This document shows positions 26,013 through 32,000 of a DNA stretch of 32,000 bases, one piece after another. The position numbers were made by a program, and so were the translations under genes. The notes under the pieces were generated by a model. It worked only from the letters and a program-made list of their open reading frames with translations. It had not been told where the DNA came from and did not search any database. Source of the DNA: Micrococcus luteus NCTC 2665 (GTDB lineage: Bacteria; Actinomycetota; Actinomycetes; Actinomycetales; Micrococcaceae); assembly GCF_000023205.1 (NCBI RefSeq), contig NC_012803.1, positions 330,001-362,000 on the forward strand, in the 5' to 3' direction. The stretch's first letter is position 1. Every line of letters starts with the position of its first letter.

Positions 26013-26077
26013 GCAACGCGGGTTGAGTTGTCGCGGGTGTCCGACGGCGGGACCCGCGACAACTCAACCCGCGTTGC
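26013..26077. repeat. Perfect 26-bp inverted repeat (GCAACGCGGGTTGAGTTGTCGCGGGT, 13-nt spacer, reverse complement); possible lhr terminator or protein-binding palindrome
   Basis: Read directly: arms at 26013-26038 and 26052-26077 are exact reverse complements. It lies between the lhr stop (26102) and the VOC gene start (25964). Confidence 0.85.
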
Positions 26078-26101
26078 GGACGGACGGACGGCGTCGAGCT
26101 C

Positions 26102-31126
<5,025 letters not shown>

Positions 31127-31130
<4 letters not shown>

Positions 31131-31585
31131 GCGTGGTGGTACGGTCGGCCGGCGGAGATCTCCTGGGCCCGGTAGACCTGCTCCGCCAGGATCAGCCGCA
31201 CGAGCTGGTGCGGGAAGACGAGCGGGGACAGGGACCAGACGCGGTCCGCGCGGGCGTGGACCCGGGTGTCCACCCCGTACGCGCCTCCGATGACCATCGT
31301 CACCGGGGCGCCGACGTCGAACCGGCCCTGCAGGTGCCGCGCCAGGCCCGGCGAGTCGAACGCCGTCCCCCGCTCGTCCAGCAGGATCAGGTGCTCGTCC
31401 GCGCCGACCGCGCCCAGGATCCGGTCCGACTCCTCGGTGCGCGCCGCCTCCTCCTGCCGCGCGGAGTGCGGCAGCAGACGCCACGAGAGGTCGTAGGGCT
31501 TCTTGAGGCGCCGCTCGTAGCGGTCGATCCCGTCGACGACCCACGCCTCATGCTTCTTGCCGATGGCCAGCACCCGAACAGACAT
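31127..31585 (-). CDS. rlmH: 23S rRNA (pseudouridine1915-N3)-methyltransferase RlmH (152 aa)
   Basis: SPOUT/RlmH sequence 'VRVLAIGKK ... LILLDERGTAFDSPGLARHL ... VTMVIGGAYGV ... WSLSPLVFPHQLVRLILAEQVYRA'. ATG at 31585. The longer track ORF to 31864 is a run-on. Confidence 0.9.
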
Positions 31586-31690
31586 GGCCCCATGATCGCA
31601 CCGGCGGCGGAGAGGGTACGGGGGTCGGCCCCCGCCGCTCGGTTGCGCTCGCCGGGGCGGGGTGCCTGGCTCCGCACCGGAAGGGGGCCC

Positions 31691-32000
31691 ATGACGTCGA
31701 CCGCACGGTCCGCGCGGGTGTCCCGCCGCGCCGCGCTCGGCCTCGGGGTCGGCGCCCTCGCGGTGGGCGGGGTGGCCGTCGTCGCCGACCTGGTCGGCGC
31801 GCCCGCCGGGCCGCTGGGCGCCAACTCGACGGCCCTGTACGGCATGCGCAGCTCCACCGGCCACACGTACGCGGCCCTGCCCGGGCGCGCCGGACGCATC
31901 GACGTGTACCGGCCGCCGGGCCAGGGCCCGTTCCCGGTCCTCGTGTGGAACGCGGGCTCCGGCTGGCGCAGCGATCGCGGCTACAGCGACGGCGCCGACG
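31691..32000 (+). CDS. 5' part of a probable secreted alpha/beta-hydrolase (esterase/lipase-like) with a twin-arginine-type signal; continues past the window
   Basis: ATG at 31691 preceded by GGAAGGGGG. 'VSRRAALGLGVGALAVGG' signal-like region, then '...IDVYRPPGQGPFPVLVWNAGSGW'. High GC3. It is not in the ORF track because it has no stop in the window. Confidence 0.55.
   Translation, partial: MTSTARSARVSRRAALGLGVGALAVGGVAVVADLVGAPAGPLGANSTALYGMRSSTGHTYAALPGRAGRIDVYRPPGQGPFPVLVWNAGSGWRSDRGYSDGAD

Overview
High-GC (about 70% or more by eye) actinobacterial chromosomal DNA; a Micrococcales-like origin is inferred from gene content only. I saw no rRNA, tRNA or CRISPR array.

From about 15.3 kb to 31.6 kb there is an almost unbroken run of minus-strand housekeeping genes: rlmH, lhr, a VOC-family gene, nei, a glgC-like gene, an rluA-family gene, dedA, an E/R/A-rich membrane protein, an OYE flavoenzyme, and a NUDIX gene with an unknown partner.

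The main accessory region is a visibly lower-GC island at about 4.85-12.13 kb, between tgt and an ornithine-cyclodeaminase-family gene.
- It carries a three-gene, translationally coupled minus-strand operon.
- Gene 1 is a roughly 1090-aa single-chain nuclease-motif / N6-adenine methyltransferase / target-recognition fusion of the type IIG or 'type ISP C-domain' class.
- Gene 2 is a small membrane-anchored protein. Gene 3 is an unrecognisable protein of about 200 aa.
- All three genes are damaged. An ISL3-family IS with an 8-bp TSD splits gene 1. An IS256-family IS with an 8-bp TSD replaces the last 16 codons of gene 2. Gene 3 appears to change reading frame near its 5' end.
- This operon is my best candidate for an undescribed, and here decayed, defence-type module.

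Other notable points:
- A DUF559 endonuclease-fold gene is bracketed by 19-25 bp inverted repeats and five copies of a 10-mer.
- A third IS (IS481 family, ACTAGC duplication) lies 8 bp upstream of a glutamine amidotransferase gene.
- lhr is split by a single-base frameshift in a G7 run.
- A perfect 26-bp palindrome lies downstream of lhr.
- One membrane protein carries a charged E/R/A helix of about 270 aa.

Many long ORFs in the track are GC-driven shadow frames and were rejected.
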